Shown: positions 37,545 through 49,987 of the stretch, one piece after another
How positions within the stretch are numbered: the first letter of the stretch is position 1
How the letters are laid out: the number at the start of each line of letters is the position of its first letter
Origin: Pecten maximus
Lineage: Eukaryota
Assembly (NCBI RefSeq): GCF_902652985.1
Contig: NC_047026.1
Coordinates: 3,410,001 to 3,474,000, forward strand
Direction: 5' to 3'
Length of the DNA stretch: 64,000 bases
The notes under the pieces: model-generated
Database searches by the model: none
What the model saw: only the letters and a program-made list of their open reading frames with translations
Told to the model about the DNA's origin: nothing
Program-made: the position numbers and the translations under genes

Positions 37545-38010
37545 TACATTCCTATACAATATATTGCAATACATTCCAATACAATTTATTGTAATGCATT
37601 CCAATACAATGCATTTTAATACATTCCAATACATACATTGTAATACAATCCAACAATATTGTAAAACATACATTGCAATACATTCCAATACATACATCGT
37701 AATACATTCCAATATCATACATTATCACACATTACAATACAATGTATTGAAATACATTCCAGTACAATATATTGGTATACATTCTAATACAACATATTGT
37801 AATATATTACAAAACCATACATATTTAAATATTGTAAAACATACATTGCAATACATTCCAATACATACATTGTAATACATTCCAATACAATATTTATTGT
37901 AATACATTCCAATACGATATGTTGTAATATATTACAAAACCATACATATTAAAATATTGTAATACCATACATTGTAATACATTCCAATAAAATACAATAT
38001 ATTCCAATAT
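37545..38010. repeat. Low-complexity AT-rich repeat built from aatacattcc / aatacatacattgt sub-units
   Basis: Direct inspection. It explains ORFs 37533-37907. Confidence 0.9.
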
Positions 38011-39509
38011 AAACCTTGAAATGATAATGTTAAAGGGATATGGAAAAGTTTATAAAGCGCAATCATACGTACGTGTTTAGTTTAAATGTATAATACAAGG
38101 CTACTTATCAGACAATAAACAATTTCCACGAGAAATCTAGGCGATATCGCAGATACTAAGTGTTAATGAACGCAAGGAAAGGAGGGGTTTGTAAACAAAA
38201 CAGGATCTGATAAATTTATCACCAATTAAAACAACATGGACGCCATTTCTGTCAGGAACCTGTCAGAATTTCCCAGGATTCCCAGGTGGCAGCCATTTTA
38301 TCTAGATACTCTTGTCACCCTTCTGTGTAGTTTTCTTTAGCCTTCCAAAATAACCATGACTTAGTAACAAAATCCAAAGTAAATAAACTTTCTCGTGATT
38401 GGTGATTTTCCGGAGAGGATGTGACCATCTGTCTCGCTCATCTAAAGCGTGTTTGTACAGAAAACATCTCCAATGTGATATAATCTGGAGCAATCAAGTT
38501 TGAATATTAATTTCAACCAATCAGCTGTCGGATTTAATTAAAGCACGTGCAGTGCGTGACAGCTTGACTTCAAGGGAGACAAAGTAAACATCAAGTCAGA
38601 GTTCCATTAAGTTGAAGAAGCAATCTTCATCTCGGGATGTTAAATATTTTCATAACAACGCGAAATATCACGCATAATATAAAATGGATGAACCTCGATT
38701 CCCGGAGCCATGCCACCCGAGTGTCTGTTGTGATAACACTGGTATCGAGGATGGTACACTGGTTATTCGCGGGAGGGGGGGGGGGGCATAACAAAATAGC
38801 TATCTCGTTATAACGAGATAAAACTCGAAGTGATACAGCTTCCATAGTTTTTATTTGTCGACTTTCTTTATTAATTTTTTCGATACAAAATGTGTCTGCT
38901 TTCTCGCGTCAGTTTTGAGTATAGACTCAACCCGATACTGCGGTAAATATTTCCTTTATTTAACCCCAATTGGGCTAAAGCTATAATATATGTTATGCAT
39001 GGGTAGATAATTTTTATATAATAAATAAAATATCTTTCTTCCCTCTGAAATGCAATACGTGATATACACCTTCTATCAGCAAAAATCGCCTACCGTACTT
39101 TTTCTTTTTTTTTTCTTTTTTTTTTCATTGCTTTTAGCGAATAAACTCAAGGCAGATTGTTGTAATATGATCTATGACTTCATTGATATTTCTGACACAA
39201 AAAAGACCTACCATTAAATTTATAAAATAGTTTGGATCATTAGGGCCGAGAACCACACATACCATGTATATTTTGTGGTGTTTCGTGTTTTATATTTTAA
39301 ATAGCACGCGGTCGCACGTGCACTTTGTCTATAAAACATGGTAGCTCGCTTATCATGAGGGTCCCGTCTGTTGTTCGCTGGATATATTGCTTTGCATTTA
39401 TAACTACAATGTAAATCCGTTTGAAATATTGCAGGCAAATTTTACTTTTTCGTTTTTTCTTTTCTGTTTTTGTTTGATTGTTTTGTTTTTGTTTTGTTGG
39501 GGTTTTTTT

Positions 39510-39542
<33 letters not shown>

Positions 39543-40774
39543 TACCCCGCTTTTTTGGGGGGAGAGGGGTCGTGTTTTTTCTTCCTTTTTCCGTTTGGTT
39601 TTGTTTTATTTGTTTGTTTTTTATTTATTTTTTACATAAAACATATTTTTCCATTTTTCCTTAAATTTGTATGATTTCATTGCTGTTAGAAGGGCGTCTT
39701 AAAGTGTCGAGTTGTGTGCTGGAGACGTTTAACCTTGATCCTCGCACTTCGCACATTACAAGTCGGATTGACAAGTTCATCATGGCGGTAAAAAGAACAA
39801 CAAGCTTTCAGATGATCAAGATTAAAACAGAAATTCGTCTCGCAAGAGTTGCAGATAAGAGACGCGCCCAGTTTTCTGGCTAAGATTGGGAAAAAAAGGG
39901 GAAATATTTGGACAAAGAAAATACAGACAAAGAAAGAATTACAGACCAGAAAAGTTGAGAAAAAAAATCGATTGACACATCTTGATGAGAGATTAAAGGA
40001 AGAATTTATGAACAATTGCGAAATGATTAACCGCAGTAGGAGAGAACACAGCTGTACTCGCGTGAATTTGCTGCGATACCCAAAGATATGTATGTATTCA
40101 CATTTTGTGTTCACAAAATTGAATTAAATTTCCAAAAAGCTGAGAGAGCTACCATCATTAGTATTTATTTATTAGTGAGTGGTTAATGTATAAAGTTTGA
40201 GATAGATTGATATTTAGAAGCTCGCGTAGTTACGCTGAGAGTTTATTAAAGAGAGTTATAATTTGTGATGTTCATGAGCGGGAGAACTGTTAATATGTTG
40301 GCCAGGAGGTCGTTGTGGAGATTCTCTCAACAGCAGGTTGTGACGATAAAGTCTCTCTGATTTGATCGATTTCCGACCATAACCAAACAACAGCGCCACC
40401 GTGCGTGAAATAGCAAAACAATGTCCAACAATCATGCATGAACAATATTCTCTGACTTTTCAATTACATTTTGTTTGCAATTAATTTCCTCACTAGAACC
40501 TCTACGAATGGTGGTATAAAAGACAGCAGACAGCCAATTGCATCGTGTAAAGTATGTGAGCAAGCCAATCAAAGTAGACAAAGTATTTATATCCATGTGT
40601 TAGCCTCCACACCTCCCCCACCCCCAGCACCACCCCCACCCAAATTCCCAGTATGGCTGGTACAACGACCAATTACCAATCTAATATCCCTAATGGTAAC
40701 AAAAATGAGGGCAAGCCATAACAAATATCATATTTATATGGAGACCCTAATTGAATAAAGAGCGATGAGGATAA

Positions 40775-40832
40775 GACCAGGTGTTTCAAACGGGTAAGCG
40801 TCTTCTGCTTCATGACGGATCCAGCAGGCATG
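40775..40832 (-). mobile_element. Solo Penelope/Naiad-like 3'-UTR motif
   Basis: gaccaggtgtt...gtaagcgtcttctgcttcat is shared with 61143-61196, where it lies downstream of a PLE-like RT C-terminus. Confidence 0.55.
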
Positions 40833-40984
40833 GTGACCATAAATCTTGCCCATAGCCCTTATCAACATACATTAATCGAAACGTGTTGCGAGACCCGCAA
40901 CCAACCAAAATCTATCATTCCATTGGTTGGTTCTTTCTTTGTGGTACCAACTAAGTGTCGTCTCCTTATGAGGGGTCACAGTAG

Positions 40985-41272
40985 CCTCGCTTTCATTTGG
41001 AGACATATATCGGATCATGGAATCTTCTCTTCTATTTGGAGACAAGTATCCACTAATAGTGTCATCGCTTATATTTGGAACCACGTATTCGGCTCACGTT
41101 GTCTTCGCTTACATTTGAAGACACATATCGGCTGACAATGTATTTGGAGACAAGTATCGGCTAATTTTTTCATCGCCTTTATTTTTGGAGCCTACGTTTT
41201 GGCTACATGTGTCATTATTTCCCTTTGGAGCCCCACATTGCCTTACAGTGGTCTCGCTTTCATTTGGAGCCT
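40985..41272. repeat. Degenerate ~39-40-bp minisatellite (tttggagacamrtatcggct...tgtcatcgc), ~7 copies
   Basis: atttggag/atttggaa recurs at ~40995, 41034, 41073, 41113, 41141, 41183, 41224 and 41262. Confidence 0.75.
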
Positions 41273-42009
41273 CTTATTGATTTTACAATTCGATAAGTCC
41301 GTAAAACAACATTTCACGCAAACTCTGTCCTCCAGAATCCAGGACCGTGAACGAAGTCCTTCCGGACGAGGTACATAGCATAGTAATGAACCTCTGAAAA
41401 GATTAAGACGGAATGGCATGTCCATTCTCGAAACGAATCATGGTGATTAATTTGGCCATGATTTTGTTTCCCGCCTTTAAATTTGATTGTATTCCGGCTG
41501 TAGTAATTACGGAAACGACGCAGAAACACAAGCTCCAACGAACATTTCTGATTTTCTTAATTCTCAAATCTTGTTATCCGTTTTTCATTCTCTTGTTTTT
41601 CTTTCAAATTTCGATGGGAGCAAATGAATCGATCAACTCTACTTGACAAGAATGGCAATAAAACGGAAAAAGTGAACTGGATTTTGATTCAGATCGACTG
41701 CTACTGCAAACGAGATACTTTCATATTAAACCTCAAATCCCATTGACGACTGTTTCATACTATGGTGGTATGCAAATACTTAAAACTTGTAGGGCTATTG
41801 TTTAAGTGGGTTTTTTTTTTTTAAGATAATTAACTTCTATCCAATTAGTACCAACACTGAAATATATAACCACCCTGTTATAATGAACAAGCTGTTTGTA
41901 GGTTTGCGTTTTCTCGCTATGTCACGTTGACGCCCCGTGACTTCACGTTGACGTCATTTCTGGGTCATATATCTCATGCATGACTCGCGGTCATTTATCA
42001 AATTATATA

Positions 42010-42300
42010 CTGTAAATCACTTTGATTTCGCGAATACTTTATTTCGCGAACTCACCTCTTTAGACATATTTGCGAAAAAATGAATTTGCGAACACTGATC
42101 TAAAAATGACTGAATTCGATGATGACGAGCTGTTAGGGTCATCGACTCTGCAAGATTCCTATATCGATTACCAATAGCGTGGACACCATTCCAAGGTGTT
42201 ATTTTCGTACAAATAATCGCGAAGGATTTGAAATCACGAGTGACTCTTCTCGCGTATTACCGCGAAAATAAATCCCACGCGAAATATAAATGATTTACAG
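42010..42300. mobile_element. Non-autonomous Tc1/mariner-type MITE (291 bp)
   Basis: TA|CTGTAAATCA...TGATTTACAG|TA. The imperfect TIR extends ~40 bp with repeated tttcgcg/cgcgaaa sub-motifs. TA duplication at 42008-42009 and 42301-42302. Confidence 0.8.
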
Positions 42301-44087
42301 TATATCTTATCTCTCAGTCTATTTATTTATTTATCTCACATTTATCAATTAATAATAGACATTATTTTAAAATCTTTTTTAATTTTTAATATTATTTAAA
42401 ATTTTAAATACCGTTACTCACTTGATTTTTCAAAGTCAATTTCACTTGTTAAACCAAATAATTTTGTTTCTGAGTTATCTTTATCTGATAAAGCAAGCTA
42501 TAAATAGCCACAATAAATCTATGTATTCATTCGAAATTGATTTACATAACAAATAAACAAAAATACAAAGAAAATGGCAACAAGGTAAGATAACTCCGTC
42601 TCAATTTAGTAGCTTATCGATTTCTACAGTAAAGACATATATATGATTATTACAATAACGTTTACTGAAAATAGATAGATATGAAATATGAAATGTAGGT
42701 AACCGGATGGAGGTATCGGGAGGGGAGGGGGTGAAAAGGGGGGGGGGGGGCAGTGTAAGTACAGTTGTATGTTAATTGCGATTATTTTAATTCTAGGACA
42801 TTTACAGCTATATTTAAAGAAAGATCATTTGTTTTTCATTTATTCAACGCCATCCCTGAACTAAAACAGAATCGGATAGTTCGACCAAATTCCCTTCCTT
42901 CAGACATCGAGAACAATCCTACATGCAATATGTTTTATGCTTTTTATCGAAACCTTCATTCAAGAACGTCGATTTTTCTGCACTGTCGAAATCGCGTGCA
43001 CGAACATTGCAACAGTTTAACTTATTTTCTCAAACATTGGAGTTAAGAATTTAAATCTGTAGAATTTATGTGTATCTTCTAGGCGAAATGGAAATTGCAT
43101 TTTTACTTCAGTGCTAAAATTATTCATTGGCACGAATTCGATTTCATTTTGTCAAACCCTTTAGACTTTGTCACTCCCAAACCTGTCACCGGAATGGAAA
43201 TTTCTATAGAGAATTTCTGAGATAAGACTTTTCAAGAAAATCCATTTATTTTATCAAATTATGGAAGCATATATAGTTTCACGCGAAAGTGAGCTGACAA
43301 TAGGAAGACTCTGTATATCCGGCATGGTTTTAAATTAAAAGAGTTTACCATTTACCCCATATCGAAGCCGGGCATTAGATTACGAACTTATTTTATACGT
43401 CTGTCGCCCATTCGGAAGTGAATTAATCTTGAAGTGTTCACTAAAGGTATTACAAAGAAGACGTTCACATCATCTAAAGGTCACAAAATAACTTACAGCG
43501 GGCAACCAAATAACCATATTCGGAACAAGTATTCAAAATCTTCTTAGCATAGCCATTTGCACTTTTCTTATCAAATAACGCATGGCATTACAAGAATTGT
43601 CTAACTTCAGCCAAGAACGAATTATACTTCAGAGCTTTTGGTCGTGAATAACAAGTCTTAAGAGATGTACATTATATCCAATTATTGATCCAACTTTTGG
43701 GGACAACATCGAATAGAAAATGCAAATCTTCGCACAATTTGTGTTAATGTAATTCTAAGAAAAGGTCCTGGGGCCAGTAACTAGAAAAATGTATTTAAGT
43801 TTGGAATTAAGGGAGCGGTAAGATCAAACAAAGTATTCGATAAGTGGGTAACTAAAAGCCTCTTTATCGCATTCTTAAACCTTTCGCATGTCTCACTTAG
43901 GGCTCTCTTTGGTAAGGTCACACTTAACTAAGAATACGTGGAATCCGGAATCTCCGCCTTCGTTTTTTTGACTGAGTTACCTGTCGAGTCAAGCAAACGT
44001 TTTAATCGATTATAAAAACATAACAAAGCATCCTTTTGACACTGTCTTACTTTCGTTTTGTAACAAAAACAAAAGCAGACGACAAAA

Positions 44088-44503
44088 ATGGAGAAATCAA
44101 ACAGCAGTAAGCGGACGCGAAAACCGAACTTCTCGCTCTCAGAGCTTGAAATTTTAGTAGAAGAAGTAAGTAAAAACAGGGATGTATTAATGGGGAAGTT
44201 TACAGACAGTATTACAAACGAAAAAAGAAGAGAATCTGGACATTGATAGCAACAAAGATCAACGCCTCATCCCAGGCATGCAGGTCCATGGATGACGTAA
44301 AGAAGAAGTGGCAAGATTGGTCAAGTAGTGTAAAGGGAAAGGCCAGTAAATATGAAAAAGAGAGAAACAGAACAGGCAGTGGACAAATGACGGAACCGGC
44401 ACTGACACCACTAGAAGAGAAAGTCTTGGCCGTGCTTGGAGTGACAGCTGTAGTCATAGAAGGGATAGCAACTGAAATGGCAGATACTTTTATGTTCTGT
44501 TAA
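44088..44503 (+). pseudogene. Harbinger Myb/SANT-like DNA-binding protein (NAIF1/MSANTD-type domain), one frameshift
   Basis: ATG at 44088 gives MEKSNSSKRTRKPNFSLSELEILVEEVSKNRDVLMGKFTDSITNEK. Adding one A to the A6 run at 44221-44226 continues KKRIWTLIATKINASSQACRSMDDVKKKWQDWSSSVKGK...RTGSG, ~138 aa, with the expected F..E...L / W..IA / VKKKW pattern. Confidence 0.88.
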
Positions 44504-44756
44504 CATTGTTTGCTCAGAAATCAATTAATAGACAATGTACCTTTTATGTAATGTATATTGTTCCAAGGACAATCACTTCTTTTTCATTTTTACAATGTTA
44601 TTTTTTTATGAATGATTGAAACCAAACGGTTTGATTGTTATTAAAACGTTATGCAAATGTTTATTAAAACATGTTATGCAAAGAATTATAATTGGTTTAA
44701 CTTTTCCTTAGTTCTTTTCGTGATATTCCAGAACATCATTAATGTTCACACAAAGA

Positions 44757-45808
44757 TTACTCTGAATGTTCAAACACAGTTGCAATGACGTTTTCCCTAG
44801 CTGCAATTCCTGACGCTGAATCCGGTTGGCCCTGTACCTGGGTATCTTCATCTTGACTGGCTTCATCATCTCCATCATCATCATCGAGATCTTCACAGGG
44901 CAGTCGTTTTTGCATGCATATATTGTGCAATATTGCTGTCGACATGATAACTCTGATTGATCGTTCAGGGGACAATGTAAGACCTTTGAATATGCATCTA
45001 AACCTCATTTTCCATATCCCAAATGTTCTCTCAATGACACAGTGAGTGGTTCGATGTGCTTTGTTGTACCTCCTTCAGCAGGTGAGACTGGGGTTAGTTT
45101 TGGGGTCATAAGCCATGGTCTGAGACCATAGCCACTATCTCCAAGAAGATAGCCATTACATATTTGACCTGTCTCAAAAGCATTACATAGTCCACAGTTA
45201 TTCCAGATAAAATAATCATGGGTAGATCCGGGCCATTTAGCGACAACATTAAGGAATCTATAGTCAGCAACACAAATCCCTTGAATGTTTAGGGAATGAA
45301 ATCCCTTTCTACACACATACAGGTGTTCCTCACCTGATGGGGTGTGGATTGGAATCAAACTGCCGTCTACAGCCCCAAGAACATTGGGAAATACACGAAT
45401 GTTGAAGAAATTCTGCTTAACTTTTACTTGTTCCCGATCGGTCAAAGGGAATTTGATGTATGATCTTGCATGTCGTGAAAGGATCATCGATACATCTCGT
45501 ATAGCACGAGATACAGCCATCTTGCTGACACCGTGCGCATCCCCAATTACGGACATGTAGCTCCCACTGGCGTAATACCGCAAAGCAATCATCGTTTGTA
45601 AAGAGACTGGGAGAGCCATGTTCCTTTTTGTGTACCTTGAGCTATCATTTTGCAGTAATTCGCAAAGTTCAAATACAGACTGTCTATCTAGCCGATAATT
45701 CTTTATGATTGCCTGATCACTTAAAAAATCCAATGGATTTTGGCGATATCTGAACAACCTCCGCGGTATACCACGGTTTTCCTCTCTGAGCATCAAAATC
45801 AGTGCCAT
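44757..45808 (-). pseudogene. Harbinger DDE transposase (HARBI1-like), one frameshift
   Basis: ORF 45808-45005 has ALRYYASG, GAVDGSLI, RKGFHSLNIQ, WPGSTHD and LLGDSGY. A 1-bp shift near 45072-45075 continues RYNKAHRTTHCVIERTFGIWKMRFRCI...AILHNIC into ORF 45008-44757. The restored length is ~350 aa with all three catalytic acidic residues. Confidence 0.93.
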
Positions 45809-46155
45809 GATTCCTTCTTGCTGGCAGGAATATGTACTAAGAGAGGTTTAGAGACGGTCATGTGCAGCCTTAGTCTAAGTGGACATTTTTAGCTTAAGTT
45901 CAGAATGTAGTTACGCCCTTAATCCTCTAAGAAAGGTGTAAGATTACATTACGGAGACCTTAGAGTTTACGAGCGCTTCTAGTTATCCCAACTATGGAAG
46001 GGAACGCAAAGAGAGAGATAAGTAGACGTGTACAGTTAATCTTAAAATGTACCGTTATAATTGTCTACGATAGCTTTCAGTTACGCCCTTAGTATTTAAG
46101 AGAGTGATAAGTTGGTCTTATGTCTTAAGAGAGCTTCTTGCTACTGGCCCCTGGT

Positions 46156-47175
46156 TGGTTGAGGACATTAGAGTGGTCATTGAGAGAGGTATGGTCAGTT
46201 TTCTAACATATGTTGGTAAGTGGTCAGTCAGCAGGGTATGGTCAGTTTAATAAAGACCTCTGTAGGAAAGTGGTCAGCGAGAGGTATGGTCGATTTTCTA
46301 AAGAGATATGTAGGTAAATGGTCAGTGAGCGATGTATGGTCAATTTTCTGAGGACATCTGAAGGTAAATGGTCAGTCACCATGGTATGGTCAGTCTTATA
46401 AGGACATCTGTAGGTAAGTGGTCAGTAAGCGAGGTTTGGTCATTTTTCTGAGGACATCTGTAGGTAAATGGCCAGTCAGCAAGGTATTGTCAGTTTTCTG
46501 AAGACATCCTAGGGTAAGTGGTCAGTGAGCGATGTATGGTCAGTTTTCTGAGGATATATTTGGGTAAGTGGTCAGTAAGTGAGGTATGGTCAGTTTTCTA
46601 ACATGTAGGTAAATTGTCAGTAAGCGAGGTATGGTCAGTTTTCTGAAGACATCTGTAGGGAAGTGGTCAGTGAGTGAGGTATGGTCAGTTTTTCTGAAGA
46701 CAGCTGTAGGTAAGTGGTCATTGAGCGAGGTATGGTCAGTTTTCTGAAGACATCCGTAGGTAAGTGGTCAGTAAGCGAGGTTTGGTCAGTTTTCGGAAGA
46801 CATCCGTAGGTAAGTGGTCAGTAAGCGAGGTTTGGTCAGTTTTCGGAAGACATATGTAGGTAAATGGTCAGTAAGCGAGGTATGGTCAGTTTTCTGAGGA
46901 CATATGTAGTGAAGTGGTCAGTCAGCATGGTATGGTCAGTTTTTTTAGGACATATGTAGGTAAATGGTCAGTCAACATGGTATGGTCAGTCTTATAAGAA
47001 CATATGTAGGGAAATGGTCAGTAAAGAGGTATGGTCAGTTTTCTGAAAACATCTGTAGGTAAATGGTCAGTGAGCGAGGTACGGTCAGTTTACTGAGGAC
47101 ATCTGTAGGTAAATGGTCAGTGAGCGAGGTTTGGTCAGTTTTCTGAGGACATCTGTAGGTAAGTGGTCAGTGATT
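46156..47175. repeat. 50-bp minisatellite (ttttctgaggacatctgtaggtaartggtcagtgagcgaggtatggtcag), ~20 copies
   Basis: atctgtaggt at 47051, 47101 and 47151 gives a 50-bp period. There are two tggtcag motifs per unit. Confidence 0.95.
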
Positions 47176-47518
47176 GAGTTATAAGCAGGTAGTGGTTTGT
47201 GGACCCAGTGAGCGGTGTGTATTTTGTGAAGCAGTTAATTATTTTTGTGGATTTTTGGATCTCCGTCCCTTTTGGTGTCCTGTTGATCCACGTCACGATG
47301 ACGCTTTGCACGTCGACTAGAATAAGAAAGAATAAAAGCTTTGCATCAACCGTTTAACGATTCAAATTACCATGAAGCTATTTCAGTAAATAATCTGAAA
47401 TTTCAGTAAATGAACACAAGGATACAGAGTCTTATATTATCACTGGAATTAAAGATATACTTATTGTACAGTCGCTAAATTTCATTTAATGTCTATATGA
47501 ATATAATTTCGATGACAG

Positions 47519-47590
47519 ATATATAAAACATAGCCGAACTACCCCCTCCCCATCATATAAAACATAGCCGAACTACCCCCTCCCCATCAT
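47519..47590. repeat. Exact tandem duplication of ~33 bp (atataaaacatagccgaactaccccctccccatc)
   Basis: Direct inspection. Confidence 0.9.
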
Positions 47591-48858
47591 TTCTCCAAGA
47601 CCATACAAACCATTCCGTCTAGCCATTAACGTCATTTACTGATTTCTTGCCTGGAAATGTCTTCGTCGGAAGCGTCTGGTCTCGCTTTTGTCTGCTAATT
47701 ATCAGAAATGGCCCCCGCTGACTCCAAAACGTTTTTTATCCAATCAATGTTTTGATTCCAAGGGAATAGCAATCAGCGATCTATACAGCGAGATCTGTAG
47801 TTATCACAATTTTATGCACTGTATGTGAAAATAAGTTTGTTGCTGGCAAAAGCTGATGGTTGTGTCCGGCAACAGTGATAAGATTGAAGTCTTCCACCGT
47901 GTGACGTCAAATATCGAGATAAATCATCGTTCTTTATCAACCTTATCAAAGCTTTAAATCCACCATGACTAAAATCACCAATTTCGAAACATATTCGATT
48001 CAAACATTCTGATGAAACAGATTAATAAAATATCACATATTTCTTAAATAATATAATAAACTGATGGAAGAAAAGACAATTTTTCAAAGGAACAATAATG
48101 GTGTACCTAGAAACCAATTTAAAAGAAAACAACAATTGGTATCTGCGAACAATAAAGAGTGTAACACGTACAATTAGAAGTTGTTTCGTTAGTTCGTTTG
48201 CTCCTTCATTTAGAACCACGTAACTCAAAATTACGGCGGTGTCTTTATATCAGCCACGTTAATTAACAAACTCTCGTTGCGCAGTCAATCTGTTAAAGAA
48301 AAAAAATAAATCTTTCAAAACTGAATGTTTTAAAACAAGTTCAATGAGTCCTTGTTGAAATCGTTAATTATCATTTGTGCAAGGAATCTTGATTCTACGT
48401 TCGTAAAGTTTCCTTTTTCAATGGTTGTTACATTGCCTTTAATGCTGTTTTATTAGGAAGACCTAGTTGAACAACCAGGATACCAATTATAAAAAAGTGA
48501 ACGAGGGAATGAAAAAAACCGAATTCACACAATTTTCTACTTCTAAATGAAAGAAAAACTAATTTTGTAGACATATTTACATCTGAAGGCCTTGAATTCA
48601 GGTCGGCCATCTTTAATTCATTCTACGCGGGAGGAACTCTCCTCTTTTATCTTCATTTGCTTCAATTAGATCACGTGATGAATGGGGTGTATTATTAGAT
48701 TTACTCGACAATTCCTCTTGGAATCCGAATGTTTTGTGAGAGAAAAATAAGATCAAGAACGCTAGTTTTTTGTCAACGCTCACTGCCATGAGATCGATGA
48801 CTGCGCCGCTACAGCCCGGTAGAAATATATTTATCAGAAACCCGCACCACATTCGTAC

Positions 48859-48890
48859 TCTCGCGAGATCCAAGATGGCAGCGCGGCGTG
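48859..48890 (+). promoter_or_regulatory. Candidate promoter core: TCTCGCGAGA palindrome next to a YY1-like CAAGATGGC
   Basis: tctcgcgaga at 48859-48868 and caagatggc at 48871-48879 in a locally CpG-rich patch. No linked gene was identified. Confidence 0.35.
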
Positions 48891-49229
48891 ATAAAACCTT
48901 ACATGAAAATTAATGTCACCTCATCTGGAGGAACGAAATGGGGTTGTATAACATGTTATTACCAAAGGGTATTATCAAATCTGAAATAAAGGAAAATTAA
49001 GTGATATTTCGGTGATTTTTATATATAACTGCATTTTCCTTTGGGAAGTGACCTACAAAACACGTGTATTGTACAAAAAGTATGATATATCAATTCAAAG
49101 ACTCGTGTAAATTAAATTATTTTATATGTATAAACACTTTTTCAACGTCACCACGAAAGTCGCAGAAAACATAAAAAAAAAAATATCAAATGCTGAAAGC
49201 ACGTGTTTATATATAGAGTCAATGAAAAA

Positions 49230-49263
<34 letters not shown>

Positions 49264-49954
49264 ATTGATGATGATGTTGTTGAAAATGTCGAACATTTTT
49301 ATCATTGACGTCATAAATATCTATGACGTTCTTTCTGGATGTCCTTGACCTTCTGTAGCAGTGAAATCTAGCGACCAGCCCAACCACTGTAACTGTTTGA
49401 AGTAAATAAAAGTTATACTTATAAAATCTACTGACATCAACACTTGAAGTTCTATGTTAAATGTGTTGCCTATACATATATATATATACATGAAGTTGAT
49501 TTGATCATTCAAATATAAACAACTTGATAACCATGGAAACGGGCTTATACAAATATTTAATTTTCCAGAATTTTGTACCATCCGGAAACCGTATCAGCAT
49601 ATTTTGTGGTATTCTAAATGTAGACGTTATGTAGAGGATAGAAACTGGATCAAAGCTCGGTCAAAAGGTTATGTTTCTCTGGCAAACCGTGCCATTCGTT
49701 GATTAGGGTTCCGAAGTATGTTTACATGTCAAATATAATCATGTATCGAAGTGATGGAATCAGCCTGTCAATTACAGCCGCAGTTTCGTATTCAAGATGT
49801 CGTCATTTTCTCTCATCTGTTAATTTCTTCTGTGGCGTGTAAATCAAAACTGAAGCTGTCAATCGACAGGTACAGGAGTTGTTGGATGTAAAACACAGTC
49901 CTGGAATTTCCCCGTGGTTTCTCTGCGTTCTGTTTCCGCCCTTCCACCTCCTCC

Positions 49955-49987
<33 letters not shown>

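Larger units (their letters stand above)
43771..46150. mobile_element. PIF/Harbinger DNA transposon, 2380 bp, two-gene type
   Basis: TIRs gggccagtaactagaa (43771-43786) and ttcttgctactggccc (46135-46150) match 14/16. CTG TSD at 43768-43770 and 46151-46153. It contains Myb/SANT and DDE transposase genes in convergent orientation. Confidence 0.95.

Noticed and set aside
39671-40127. Lys/Arg-rich ORFs on both strands
   Set aside because: Low-complexity A-rich sequence with no motif I can identify.
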